This document shows, in pieces, positions 45,295 to 59,809 of a DNA stretch of 64,000 nt (the first letter of the stretch is position 1; each line of letters begins with the position of its first letter). The notes under the pieces were generated by a model. It had not been told where the DNA came from. It searched no databases and was given only the letters and a program-made list of their open reading frames with translations. The position numbers and the translations under genes were made by a program. This DNA is from the human T2T-CHM13v2.0 reference genome, Homo sapiens, in the NCBI RefSeq assembly GCF_009914755.1, contig NC_060944.1, one strand, 5' to 3'.

Positions 45295-45582
45295 TTTTTT
45301 TGAGATGGAGTCTCGCTCTGTTACCAGGCTGGAATGCAGTGGTGTGATCTCGGCTCACTGTAACCTCTGACTCCCTGGTTCAAGCAATTCTCCTGCCTCA
45401 GCCTCCCGAGTAGCTGGGACTACAGGCACAGGTGCCACCATGCCCATCTAATTTTTGTATTTTTAGTGGAGACGGGGTTTCACCATGTTGGCCAGAATGG
45501 TCTCAATCTCCTGACCTCGTGATCCACCCACCTCGCCCTCCCAAAGTGCTGGGATTAGAGGCGTGAACCACTGCGCCCAGCC
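45295..45582 (-). mobile_element. AluSc-like, short tail
   Basis: TSD AGGCTTAGT at 45287 and 45583. Confidence 0.93.
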
Positions 45583-45640
45583 AGGCTTAGTATTGTTTTT
45601 AAATGAATTTAAATATTTGTTAACATGTGGCTTTAATTCC

Positions 45641-45950
<310 letters not shown>

Positions 45951-46109
45951 TAATACAGTAAACATTGATAGACAAAACCCACATAAACAAAAGTTCTTTG
46001 ATGCCTTCATTAATTTTTAAGAGTGTAAAGGGGTCTTCAAATTTAAAAGATCAAGAACCTGTGAATCATACATTTTTTTAAAAAAAAGTCTATTAAGACC
46101 CCCATGGTT

Positions 46110-46329
46110 CAGAGTTTCTCAATCTTGGCACTACTGACATTTTGGGCTGGATAAGTCTTCGTTGTAGGGGGCTGGCTGTGCTGTGCATTGTGGGATGTTC
46201 AGCAGGATCCCTGACCCCCACTCACTAACTAGATGCCAGTATCACCTCCGACTTGTAATAAACAAAAATATGTCCTGACATTGCCAGATATCTCTTAAGG
46301 GACAAATTAACGCTGGTTGAGAACCACTG
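46110..46329 (+). mobile_element. MER20 (hAT-Charlie MITE), near full length
   Basis: cagagtttctcaatcttggcactactgacattttgggctggataa...ggttgagaaccactg; terminal inverted repeats; degenerate 8-bp TSD. Confidence 0.9.
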
Positions 46330-47819
46330 CCATAGGTAATTAGGAAAAGGATGTAAAAAGAAAATTCACAAAAAAGAAATGTTAATAGCATAAAAATACC
46401 TAGAAAAATATTCTGCCTTGCCAGTAAGCCAAGACATGCAAATCAAAATGACAATATGTTCCCATTTAAATGCATTAAATTAGTAAAAGTAAGCATAAAT
46501 TATAACAAGCCATTTCAGTGAAGCTGTGGTTGAACTGGTAGGATTCTACAATTCCAGTAGCATTTTTAATTGATTCATCAAATTGGGGAAAATAATCTGG
46601 CAATGGTTTTCAAGACATAAATGTTTTTATGACCTGGAAGTAAAAAGAGCATAGGCTCAGGAATCAGCATTAAACTTGAATTTTAGCTCTGAATCTCACT
46701 GGTTATGTGATCTTCCTTAATTTATTTAAATGATAGCATTTATAAGAACTGAATACGATAATAATGCCTCCATCATTTGTTATTTGAGAACTGCAATAGA
46801 CAATAATGTAAGTGAACTTCTAGTTAAAAGCGGAAGAATTAATGTACTCCATTTACCTCTTCTATCTCCTCACTGTTATTGCAGTGAAATGTGAAAAAGC
46901 ATAGAAATCCACAAGGAAAAAGAGGACAGGAGAGGGGACATCAGTGGATGAGCAGTTTTAAGAAAATTCTGGAAACCTAAAAATGGTCAGAGGAGAGGTA
47001 CCACATGTGATGAGATAAAGAAAGTCAAATTGCAAAGACATGTGAGTAAGAATGGATTTTATTTGCCCCACAGATTTCAAGAGAGATTCTGATGTTGGAG
47101 TAGTCAAGTGTGGACAGTGTGGAAGTAAAATGTGGGGCTGAAAAGGGGTGTTTATCAAAAGTCTGTACACAAAACCATCAAACCTTTGAACATGGAGAGC
47201 TATGTGTCTGCCCTCTACCCCTTAGGCAGGAGATAGGAAGAGGATTTCATTTCAGAATTTGAATGCCTCCGCCTCCAAAAGCACAGCACCTCCAGTCAAC
47301 TTTCTCAACACCTTACTTTTAAATATTGGCTATGGAGGTTCACTGGTTAGGTAAGCAATGCTTCCAACATGAAAGAGAGCAGTGAATTAAAAAAAATGAC
47401 TCTAGAAGAAACAGAGATAATACAGGAGTCAGAAAAGCTTCCCCCTTCTCCAAAATCAAAATCATATCCTGAGATGTTTGAGAAATGATTACTTCTATAA
47501 ATAAGAAGTGAATGTTATAAGAAAAAAAATTCAAAGAACAGTAAGTAGCTCAAAATGAAAAATTATGACTGCCAAAATTATAAACAAATTTGAGAATTTT
47601 TTTGAGGGAGTTGTTCTGTTTTGTTTTAGGAAATAGAAGAAATTGGCAGAAAAGAAAAGGGGAAAAAGAGTATTTAAAGGCAAACCTAAAATGATGGAGT
47701 TCTGTGGGAGGAAAAATGTATGAATAGTTTAATAAATAAACTGCCTGAAGAAATGAGAATAATTGTACATTCTATAACGAATTAAACAAAAAAGCCCACA
47801 AGAAGAGTAATTAGAAGTA

Positions 47820-48030
47820 GTATAACATAGTAGTACACTCCAGACTGTGGGGCTAGACCATTATGTTCAAATTTCATATCGGCTGCTACTAGCTGCATGA
47901 TCTTGAGCAAGTTAGTTAACCTTTCAGTACTTCAGTTTCCCCATCTGTAAAATAGGGATAATACTAGTTTCTACCTGGTAGGGTTTTGACGATAATCAAC
48001 TGAGTTAATATACATAAAGAACTTAAAATC
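47820..48030 (+). mobile_element. MIR
   Basis: tgatcttgagcaagttagttaacctttcagtacttcagtttcccatctgtaaaataggg. Confidence 0.8.
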
Positions 48031-49539
48031 TTAGCAAGCTTTAAATTAATTATGTAATAATATAATACTTACATATTATATTATACTGTAAAAGAAGTAA
48101 TATACCATTTGGCTCTGAAGTGACCTGTTTTTATGGAATTGTAAAGTTGGCCATTGTGTAGTTATTTAACAAAAAACTGTGGCTTAACTACATTGGAAAG
48201 AAGGAAGGGAGGTATTGGATGATTTAAGACAGACAAGTTACCATCTATCATAGCAGGAAATAAATAGATAATGTCTGCAATCAATAACTTTAAAATAGCA
48301 CATTATGTAGTGACATTGCCAATTCCCAGAAGAAAGAGCAAAGAATTAAAATGCATTTGCCTCTGAGGCACAGGACTGGGGGAGGGGGGGTTGTAAATGG
48401 TGGTGTTGGGAATGGTTGGGCTATTTGATTTTCCAACTATGTGTATTTGTTACTTTGAGATTTTTTAATTAAAGAATGAAAAAGGTTAATGTATATGAAT
48501 TGGCTGTCAGTGCCTGGCATATTAGAGAAGGCACTCAGTACACTGTAGTTCAATTTTTTTCATTTCAGTAATTGCATTCCTGGGGATTTTTGCTATTTAA
48601 AGGTACAATACCAAAAGAAAAACATGAATAAATTTGTGATTGCTTGGTTATTTATAACAAAAAAAACTGGAAATGACCCAAATTTTCAACCATATGGAAA
48701 TAGCTAAGAATTACGCAAAAAGCTGACAAAATTTCATAAACCAAGAACATGAGTTTATTGTTTCAGATGGCTGTGGATTAGCTAAAACTGACTGCACACA
48801 CACATACAAAGTCCCTGATGTGTTTAGACTAGGAAATAGAAACCTGAGAGAAACTGGATGTCTAAAGAGAGGAGGAGATGTAGTATATCTCTACTCTAGA
48901 CAACTTTCTGTGGCCTCCAGAGTCCTTAATAGGGGGCCTCGCAGCTACTTCAGTCACTGGGCAAGGGGAGTTTTTTCCCAAAACTGAAGAGTTTCTTTTT
49001 GAGCTGTGGCATGGTCTTTCATACTTAGAGTTTGCATCACTCTTCAGGAAGAATGCATACTCACAATTGATGCCACTAATAGCAATGCTTACAGATATTT
49101 AGAAGCCCCCCCTTCCCTGGCTCTACAGTTAGACTCACCATTAGCAAAGTCAAGCCTCACCTGGAAGTCATTCCAAGCTGTAGTTCGACCTCCAACTTAC
49201 AATGTGTCAGAAAACCCATTTCTTAGCAGAGCTATTGATGAAAATTATATGACAACAATGAAAAAATGTAACATAATGCATCTGAGTCTGCATCAGAACC
49301 TACAAGAGCTACAGGTCCTAAGATACTATGAGCTGAGCAAGCCATCTTCTCAGGATCTCAGTTTTCTCTACTGAGAACAGGGGATTATTTTTTCTACTTC
49401 AGGGCTGTATTGTGAGTGTACAGTCAATGAAAGGATGCTTGGTATCCTCAGGTTCTCATCTCAGGTTCTGATCTAGAGGAGGAGCTCAACAAAGCTCAGT
49501 TAGATGTGACTTTGAGTGTGTATGACCCACTCCTTAGGA

Positions 49540-49725
49540 CTGGGCTTCTCAGACTGTACACACATGAGCATCTCCTGGAGGACATGTTAAAACACAGATT
49601 GCTGGGCTTTACTCCTAGAGTTTCTGATTTAGTTGGCTGGGGACAGAGCCTAAACACTTGCATTTCTAAAAAAGTCCCAGGTAATACATCAGTATTCGAT
49701 CTGGGACCAAACTTTGAGAATTACT
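49540..49725. mobile_element. MER5A-like MITE
   Basis: aaaacacagattgctgggc...agagtttctgatttagt...tgcatttctaa...actttgagaa. Confidence 0.8.
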
Positions 49726-51998
49726 GTCTTACAGGCACAAAATACCGGCTTGGAAAATGGTTGAGACTTTGGAGAGGAAAAGCAAAGGCAGGACGGAAAA
49801 GCTTAATAAGGGTTCCTTATCTGCCTTGGTCCTGATGCCTACTAAATAGAGTAGAACCTTGGTGTGATGTCTGTACCAGCTCCACCTCCTTCCTAAGCTC
49901 CCTTCTAAGGCTCTCCCAGCCTCCAGACCTGAACAGAGCCTCCCGTGTCAGCTTCCTGAACTGAAAGATGACTACCTTTTCCATCTGCCTGGAGCCTATG
50001 GGCTGAGGCAGAGGCCACCTTTTTAGGTTCCAAGAAATTATGCATTCGTTATGGAGGAAATTAACACCTCAAAGCAAACTATAATTAGGAATTCTTCAAT
50101 TCAGTTTATGCTTTTTCAATTAGGCACTCTATAATTTTAATCATGGGAGCATTAACATGTTTCTGTAATTTATATACCTGCAGTATAATTAAGCCTGGGA
50201 AACACATTGCTCTAAACCTGAATGGAAGTGATTGTTTCCCTTCACACTTGCAGTATTACATGTCCCTGATAGAGAGATGGTGCCAGTTGCAGAGGAGCCA
50301 TTTGTGAGTTGGAGAGGCCAATGAGAGAACTCCTGGCTTTGGAAATATGATGGCTGTTGTAGACCATGTGATGCCTTTGAACATCTGCATCCCAAAGCTT
50401 CAACTCCTATTGTGACTTTCAAAACATTCCCACCATTGGAAACTGCTTTGGACAACTATTCTTGGAAACTAATTTCAATTAAGCAGGAACAGGGTGTCCT
50501 GGCAGGGGAGACGTTATCTGAGAGCCGTGGGAAGCAGATGGCTTTGAATTGAAGAAATTGAACAATAGGCTGAAACTTAGCCTGGATTGGGACCAAATTC
50601 CTTTTTTTGAAAAAAAACATTGATTCCTCTTCCTACTTTTTCTAACTCTGTTTCTCTCTCATAATTTCAGCTTTGCCTTTTAGCCACAAAGCAGGGCCTG
50701 AATCCTATGTGCAAGGTAGTTCTCTTGGGATTCTGAGAAGTTCTGCAAATTCAAGGAATTCAGAGGCACACTGAAAGTTTTTGTGCTTATTCAGACTGAA
50801 CCTCTGAACTGTCTGAAGGTTAAAAACCTTCATTTTTTCTCTCTTCTTCCTGCTCTCCCCACAATAGCAAATTCAGATTTGCTGACTACAATAAAAGGAA
50901 AAAGAACATAATCAAAACTGGCCCGGGGGGACAATGCATACAGATTCCAACCCAGCTGAGTGACGCGTGCATATTGCTGCAGCATTTTGGCACTCAATAT
51001 ATTTTGTCTGATCTAAGAAAATATGGAACTTTTTATAGAGTGAAAGTTGGAAGTGGATTTGTTTCTCCCAGGCTGCTCTAGCCTTCCACAAAAGAACACA
51101 GATTTGTTCAGATTCTGATATTCTGATATTCAGCCTCATCAAACATCCATCTTCTACCTAGTCCCCAACATCCGCATAGAAGTGACCGTATTCAGATATG
51201 CTGTCAGCATGCAACAACACAACATGAATTATTTTGACACCAGTTATTGTCATCATCATAGGAAAACAGAGGTGTGTTTTTAGCCCCCACGTGGACAGGG
51301 ATAGAGAAATAAGCTGGCAGAGATTCTAGTTCAGCTTTTAGGAGCTAAAACTGGTTATCCTCATGCTGAAACACACACTGAGAGAGACATGAGAGATCCA
51401 AAAGCTGTAAACTCAACAGGGGCAACTTCACAGAACAAGGCAAAACTATTGCTTCCCTATATCACAAGAATGAGCAAATATTGGTGCCATAGAAGAGATG
51501 ACTTGGTTCCCTGTACAGGTTCCTTTCTCCATACCTGAGGCCACCCATAGGCCACACCAGTAGTACTCAAGCGTGGTCCAAGACCAGTAGGTCACCTGGG
51601 AAATTGTTCAAAATGCAGATTCTCAGGCATTATCCTATAGTCCTTGGGGACAGGCAGGACTCTGCAGGCTTATTAGAACCCCAGCTGATTATGATGTTCA
51701 TTAAAGTTTGGAAACCTTGGGATTATACCACTTCCCACATTCTATATCCAGTGGAAGTGATGTGGGGAAATTTTAGAAGTCTAGCTCGGTAGATCAGAAT
51801 CTCCACAGTAAGTAAGCCCAGCCATAGGTCCCACGCTGTTTTCAGGACCTATACCTCTGTCTAAGTCTTCATTACATTGCTCATCTCTTATGATAGGATC
51901 CCTGGCCTTTACCTCTCTCCCCAAACGCCTGCCAAATAACCTCTCTGAAACCAAACATGGGCCTTGACCTCTTCTTACCAACCTTCTTAGGGTCTAGA

Positions 51999-52199
51999 GC
52001 AATGTAGTAAAATAGAATTTTCTGTCATGATGGAAATGCCGTCCAGTATGTCAGCCACTAGCTACTTGTGGCTATTGGGTACTTGAGATGTGGCTAATGC
52101 AACCAATGAACTGAAGCTTTAATTTTACTTAATTTTAACTAGCTTAAATTTAAATAGCCACATGTAGCTATTAATGATAGTTACTGTATTGGACAGTGT
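51999..52199 (+). mobile_element. MER3 (hAT MITE)
   Basis: aatagaattttctgtcatgatggaaatg...aaatttaaatagccacatgtagcta...tattggacag. Confidence 0.8.
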
Positions 52200-55100
52200 A
52201 AGTCTAAAGTCTAGCCCTCGATTCTTGCAGTTGTTACTGGGGGTGCTACATCTTGCTCTGGGCATGAATACTTATATGTTTATAAAATTCTTCGTAAGCC
52301 TATACCTAAGTGGAAATGCACTAAATAGCAAACCCTAAGCAGCTGTAGCCAGGTAAGAAAAGGGTGAATTGTATTCTGAGAGAGTAACCACACATTTTTT
52401 TGGCCCATTGGTGGAGACTCTAACTTTAAGATGTTATTTTCCTACCAAAAAGCCAGGGCTTTCAGAATCACTTCTCTCACTGTTGCCAAGTGGAGGCAAC
52501 TCCCTGAGCAGCCCTCAACAGCTGGAGCAGGCATCGTGCAGAATGCTTTTTGGATAAGAGCAAACCTCCTTGGATTCTAACATGGCACAGAGCCATGCTC
52601 TAACTCAGAAGAACATCAATAGATCAGGCTATAGAAATGCACTTGATGGAAGCAGACTTGAAAGTCTGACCTTTGGGCAGTTGCGGACAGAGACCGAGAG
52701 CCATCGGTTATCAGCTGTGCAAGATCTGAGACAAAGCAGCGATGCAAACTCTCATGGGGCCCAGAACAGTGGGAGAAGTAAAAGTCAGCAGAAAAAAAAG
52801 TTAGAGAAAAAGTAAGGACCAGGAGAAGGCATCTTGCAAGGTCACCGAGTTCTTTCAAGGAGTTTCACCAGTTCCCCAGGGTTGGAGGGTTTGTATTATA
52901 AGAACTACATCTACTTGGACTGCCCCTCCATCCTTAGTCTGGCCTCGTGTTCCTTGCAACATTTGGCTCCAATGACCTTCACCTTGAATCTATTACTGTC
53001 TGTTCACCATCACTGCCAATGTGGTCACACCGAGAGCCATCATATCCTATAGAAGAGTTTTATTACTGACACCTTATATTTGATCATCTTATTCTCCAAA
53101 TAGCACTTCCTGTCTTTCTACACTCTCCCTGCTTTGTACCCTCTGCACAAATTCTTCAACAGCATCCAGGTTGCCTGGCCCTCAATATATCTATTTTCTG
53201 AACAGCAACCTTCACATTCTTTTTAAAGCAAGCCTACACCAGATGGTCCATTTTCCAGCACTTTTGTTGACATTATCCATCATCTTCATTTCTCTGTAGT
53301 CCTGGATCAACTTGTGTGTCTTTCTTCTTTTCTACTACAAGAGCTTCTTGAAGCTCCTGGAGAAGATTAAACGATTAAAAAAAAATTAAACGATTCTTCC
53401 CTTGAATTTCTTGTTTTAAAAGAAAAGAAAAGTCAAAATGAAATATACAGCCCTGGTTTTCCTTCTACCTCTTTGGCCAGTCCTTCTCCATCTCCTGTGT
53501 GTTTCCTTGATAAAGTTTCGTAGCTCTCTGTTCTGTTTCTCATCTCTTCTAATCTACACTCTCCCAGGATGAGGTCATCCACTCCCCTCCATACTTGAAA
53601 TACCACCTGGATGCTAATGACTCCCAAATCTAAAACCCCTGCTCAGATGCCTCTCCAGCACTCCAGACTTTTGGAATTTAAATAGTCCCTATGGTAGGAG
53701 GTGAGCATGACAACCACTCTTCTTTCCCTCATGCCAGTAACAGTCCCTGTCTCCATCTCTCCAGATGGCAGACAGTCCAAAATAGAACACTCTTTCGATC
53801 TTCATGTTCCATCGACTGCTCCATTTAAAATATTCTTCCCCAAACACCTGTTTTTCCTCCTTGGTTGGAGCCTAAGTAATATAATCCAGAATCCTAACAC
53901 CAGAGCCAATTCTTGGTAAGCTGAGTTGTTGGTGGAGGAAGGAGCCTTATAAAAGGGGACCTGAAATGCAGTCAGGGTAAAAGCTGAAGTGAATGCAAAC
54001 CCACCTACATTATTTGGGTGTCACCTTTCTTCCCTTTTGTTTTCCTGAACAATCATCTAATTGCAGCTCTGTGCTATATCACCAGACTGACCTTTGTCTC
54101 CTAGGGTGATGTCTTTGGTGGTACACACATAACCCTTCAATATGTATCCCAATGGTTGGCATATGTAGACTGTGGGACAACCTCATGGAGAAGGGCACTA
54201 CAGTAACATTCATCCCTTATTCTTTATTTCTGGTTACCTCTTCATATATCTGGCTTCTCCTATTTCCCAATCTGGTGTGATGAAGTCCCAGCGTGATTTT
54301 AGGCATGGCTAAAAGTGGTGTTAACAAAGCTACGTCTTCTCCCAGGTTATGTCTGGGTATCTCTTATCCATGTCCCCCTAACCCCCAATACACCAAAGTG
54401 GGACCCATAGCATTCCTCATCATCAGGTCCCAGCAAAGGTGGCCCAGAGAACTGGGGAACTAAGTGAATAAATGAGGTTTGGAGAAAGAGTGTCTAAATG
54501 TAATTACAGTTTCTCATCTTTCCCAATGTGGACAAGGCCTCACAAACTCCTCAGGCTGCCCTGTGTCAATAAATCCTCTAAATGTTCGTTTCTCTTTCCT
54601 AATTGGACACCATCATATGCTGGTATCTGAGAATCAGACGGTAATGATTCCAATTTTGCTCACTGCGGCTTCATGGACCAGCAAAACCCCTCTGTGATTG
54701 TTTCATGTGCTCCCACTCTGGGCTTCACAGTTATTAAAGGAATCCTGAAGGAAATCTGGCAATCGTTTGCTTTTCTTCCCAATAAAGTTTCTTCTTTCTT
54801 TAAAAGTAGGCTGTATCTCCAATTGGTACTGTAGCTAATCACTGTGCAGTTCAGAATCTATGGTCTTAACTAACTGCACCTGTCAAATGCAAAAGGATCA
54901 CAGATTCTCATCAGGAGGTGAAGAGAACTTGCAATGACCTTTAGAAGTATATATCTTGTTACACTGTCTTCTAGGGTTCCATCTTTCATACCCCTGGTCC
55001 TCCAGGCTAGAATTCCCACACCCTGTGCACCATGCCTCAAGCAACCTAAGAAAGCAGGTCTCATGTCCTAACTGACCTTGTAAAAGGTCCCTTAGAAGTC

Positions 55101-55751
55101 CCCCACACTCTCCTAGACCACACGCCAGGTTGCAGCTGTCCTTGCTCAGCTGAGTTCCTAACTCCCCCATTCAGTTCCCAGACCACCTTTGCCACCATTC
55201 GCCTTTCCTGGATGAAATGTCCTCATAGACTCTTCCCTCCCTCGGCATCTATTGGCTCAGAGAATGGCACCACTTTCCATCCCACGAACCAAGCCAGAAA
55301 ACTGGGAGTCATGCTGGACAATGTCTTTTCCTTCACACCCCAACACCCTGCCCCTTGGAGAAGTCATCACAAGCCATGTCCATTTTACCTCTTACAAGTT
55401 GTATCTCATCGTCATAAGTACTCTAGTGGTGGGTCACCTTCATTTCTTATCTGAACAATGTAACTGTCTCCCAAGGGTGTTGCTCTTAACCCCGACTGTG
55501 CTGGCCCTTTGGCAATGAGATACTACAAGCTTGTCTGCTTGAATTTATATTTCGGAAAGGTGCTCATATCTGACCAAGTTCACAGACTCATAGGCACTTT
55601 CTTTTTCTGATTGTCTTTCCTATTTTTAAGGTAATGTTGTTTTGAAGATCACCCCTGGAGATGAGTGTAGGTTTCCTGATGTGCCCTACACTGGCCAGCA
55701 CTTCGCATGTAGTAGATCTCACATGAGTGCTGGAGGATACACAGCAGATAG

Positions 55752-56210
<459 letters not shown>

Positions 56211-57062
56211 TGATGTAGGTATTCCCATTTACCGACAAGCAACTTACGGTTCAGAGAAAATAAGTACCTGCTTCCAGTATACCCAGTGGGACAATTGGAT
56301 AAGACTGGTCTGATTTTAGGAGCCACTCCTGTTTCAGTGTATCCAACTGGGAAGTCAGCTATGGCAGGAAGAGCATAATGGTCTTAGGTCTGAGTGAGGA
56401 GCTCCGTATGGGACCCATCTCTGCCCTCAGGGAGGCCACAGTCTAGCAGAGGCTGACAACGCAAGGCACTGACAGAGGGATGACCATGACAGAGTGGCAA
56501 CTCAGAAGGAGCTGGTGCATTCTGCTGCAAGAGTGGAGATGGTCCTGGATGTGGCCAATGTGAACCGGATGTTGGAGAGGTGGAGAATGGCATGCTTGGT
56601 GGAGAGAACAGCATGGACTAGGGGCCTGTTTGCTCAGAGAAGGACAAACAGTTGGGCACTCACCTTCCCAATGTTCCACACTCCCTTCTGAACAAAGTCT
56701 AAATCCAGAGTGAAGACCTTCTTCACCTGGACCCTGCCTGCTCCTTTGCTTCTCTCCTCATCTCTCTGTCCCCACGCACTGAGCTACTTGTGGCTCCCCA
56801 AACACACCCTGTACCTTCTCTGTGTGCGCTTTTGCATAGGCTGCTCTTTCTTCTAGGTTACACTCTTCCCTTCTTCACTAACTCCTCCTCATTCCCTAGG
56901 TCTCAATTTAAGCAACACTGCCTCCAGGAAGCCCTCCCAGCTTCTGAGCTCACCATTCTACCAAGGGCTGCCTCTCTACTGAACTCTCATGGAAACTTCT
57001 GAACAAGCTGGCCAAACACAGGCTCATTGGCACCTTTTCTTTTTCTGATTGTCTTTCCTGTA

Positions 57063-57270
57063 GACCTTTACCATCCAAAATGGCAGTCAGTAGCCACATA
57101 TGGCTCCTGAAATTTAAATTAATTAAAATAAAAATTTTAAACATCAGTTTCCTAGTTGTACTAGCCATATATCTGGTGCTCAATGGCCATATGTGTTCAG
57201 TGGCAGTCATACCACACAGCACACATATAGGACATTTCTGTAACTGCAGAAAATTCTATTGAACAGCACT
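57063..57270 (-). mobile_element. MER3 (hAT MITE)
   Basis: tagccacatatggct...aaatttaaattaattaaaat...gcagaaaattctattgaacagcac. Confidence 0.8.
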
Positions 57271-57297
57271 CTTTTCAGAATAAGAGGTAGCTGAAGG

Positions 57298-57304
57298 CAT
57301 ATAT

Positions 57305-57337
<33 letters not shown>

Positions 57338-57509
57338 AAACTAGTTACTATAGATATACATATATATATAAAACTAGTTACTATAGATATACATATATAT
57401 ATAAAACTAGTTACTATAGATATACACATATATATAAAACTAGTTACTATAGATATACATATATATATAAAACTAGTTACTATACACACACACACACATA
57501 TATACATAC

Positions 57510-57558
<49 letters not shown>

Positions 57559-57560
57559 TA
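57298..57560. repeat. 33-bp minisatellite (~5 copies) flanked by (CA)n and (TG)n tracts
   Basis: Unit AAAACTAGTTACTATAGATATACATATATATAT starting at 57337, 57370, 57403, 57436 and 57469 (last partial). Confidence 0.95.
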
Positions 57561-59379
57561 TGATGCCAGACACTATCCCATGTAAAGGGAATTCAGTAGT
57601 ACCAAGCCTTCAGATTTCTTGGAGCTCACAGCCTATAGAGGGGTATGTAGAAACAACAGAAAACAAAACAAAAAATATATATATATGAACAGCTGTATAA
57701 CACAATTAAAGGCTCAGGAAAGAACTATGAAGGAACTATATAGGTCACTGTTGAGTAAAACCTGGTAAAGGGGCAGACGGAAATGAAAGGAAACCGGAAA
57801 CAAGGCTAAGGACAGATTCTGATGAGCCTTGAATTCCATGCTAAGAAGCCTGTACTTAATGCAATGGAAAACCAATGACCCATTTAAGAATTTTAAGCAG
57901 GAAAGTTAACTTGATCCAATTTGTGCTTCCAAAGGATCACTCCAGCAGTTCAGTGGGGGGTGGATTGAAGGATGAGAAGCTGCAGCAAGCACTCCAGCAA
58001 GCATATCCTGGCGGGTGCAGGTCCACAGGATGAGGCTGGAAAGTGCCAATGTGGGAGAAGAAGAGAGAGCTTGGCCCAGGTTCTGAAGTCCAGAGGACCA
58101 GTCTCCATGACTAATTAGATGGGAAGGGGAGGAATGAGGGGGAAAGAACATTTCCAAGGAAGTCTTCAGGGATCAGGGGACGGTCTGTTATAGAACCTGG
58201 GGCTCTGCCCCCAGCCTCACTTCAGGGACTGCATTATAGGTGACTAATTCATGGCTAAGTTACTTTCTTATGAAGGTTAGTACGGATCAGTCACACATCA
58301 GTGTGACAGGTGGGGCGTGGGGGAAGAAGGCTCGGCATGTTCAAGCCAGAACTGAATATTAGATTCTAGTCACTATTTGATTGATCTTTTAAGCAATTCT
58401 GGGATTCTGTCACTTAAAAACCAATAAATCTTTGAAGGCCTGAGGAAAGCAATACAAAAGCAATAAATCTCCATTGTGGAGTGTTAGAAAAATAGGCCAA
58501 GCTGCTGAGGTGGTTTGGCTGGAGGGATGAGGGTGCGGGAGCCCCACACAGCAACAGTCCTCCCTGCCACATCTCGCCCCCCTGCACACTCAGTTCTACC
58601 AGATAGAGTCAGATCCACAGGGCTTCAGAGGAGCAGTAAGTGGCAAAGCAGGGGCTAGAGTTTGGCTCAGCCAGGGTTGGAGCATCACTGGCAGAAAGAA
58701 GAGCCTGCCTGAGTGGGGTCTGAAGGCCAAAGTTTCTGTGTGAGTCTGTTTGAGAACACACAGCTCCACTCAAAGAGGGACCCACTGAAGCTCACAAGTG
58801 ATAGACCGGGCTCACACAAGGCAGAGTTGGAGGACCCCTGAGAATTCCTCTTGCCCACCCCTCATGCCCTGGTTGGTGGAGGTTTACTCCGTAGCACCCC
58901 CACAAAAGGGCCACCCGGTCATCACGTGACATACCAGGCAGAGGAACTCAGAACTTCCCAGGGGAGCCATGAACTCAGAGCCAGGATACTAGGTCTATGC
59001 ACTGTCTTTAACTGTAACAAGCCCCACAAGCTTGGGCCAATCAGTTAACATCTTAGACTTCAGTTTCCTGCTCCAAAATGGAGATGGTATTTCCCAACCA
59101 GCTGACTCACCAGGTAGGTGAGGATCAGATAATACAATGGAAGTAAAGGAACAATTCAGAAAACTAATTCAGAAAACTATTAACTGTAAAATTTATTCGA
59201 AGCATCCTTAACCCAGTGCATCTAGTGAGTTCTTTGAGTCCTGGGATCATAGAGTGTCCATATTGTTTTCTCCATCCTTCACCTCCCCAACTCACACAAC
59301 TGCACACTGCTCTGCTTTCCTGGGTGGTGCTCATCTGTCCAGCCAGTCTACCGCTTCTCTCAATCACTACAGTCAATGT

Positions 59380-59809
59380 ACCCAGTGGTTTCATATCATC
59401 TTACAGTGGAACTGCAGAAGCAGCTCAATACCCCTGGGTTGCAAGAAACATAAGCCGAGCACACCAGATGCACCAGGCATGACACCATTGGTGGGACCTA
59501 GGTGCTTGGACTAAGGAATGGGGATAGTTTAATAAGTGAACACCACATGGCATGATCCATGATTCAATAGCATCACCTCATGACATGATCCAGTCAGATC
59601 AAGTCTCCCACATCACGACATTGCAAATGTCCAATCAGATCACGCCATTACCTTCTGCCTATAAAACCTGTCCCCGCCTCCAAAAGCCTGACTCCTGTCT
59701 CCTTGTTCAGCAGCCTTGCAATAAACTTTTCTCTCTACAAAAACACAGTACTTCAGAGTTTGGCTTTCTATTGTGCATGGGCAAACAGACCAAGTTCTGT
59801 TCAGTGACA
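59380..59809 (+). mobile_element. ERV solo LTR (subfamily uncertain, LTR47-like; 5' boundary uncertain)
   Basis: CCAAT 59631, TATAAAA 59660, AATAAA 59720, terminal ...GGGCAAACAGACC...GTGACA. Confidence 0.65.

Noticed and set aside
57256-57573. 105-aa ORF with 11-aa repeats (SIVTSFIYICI); CRISPR-like appearance
   Set aside because: Translation artefact of the 33-bp VNTR; units are head-to-tail with no unique spacers, in a primate intron.
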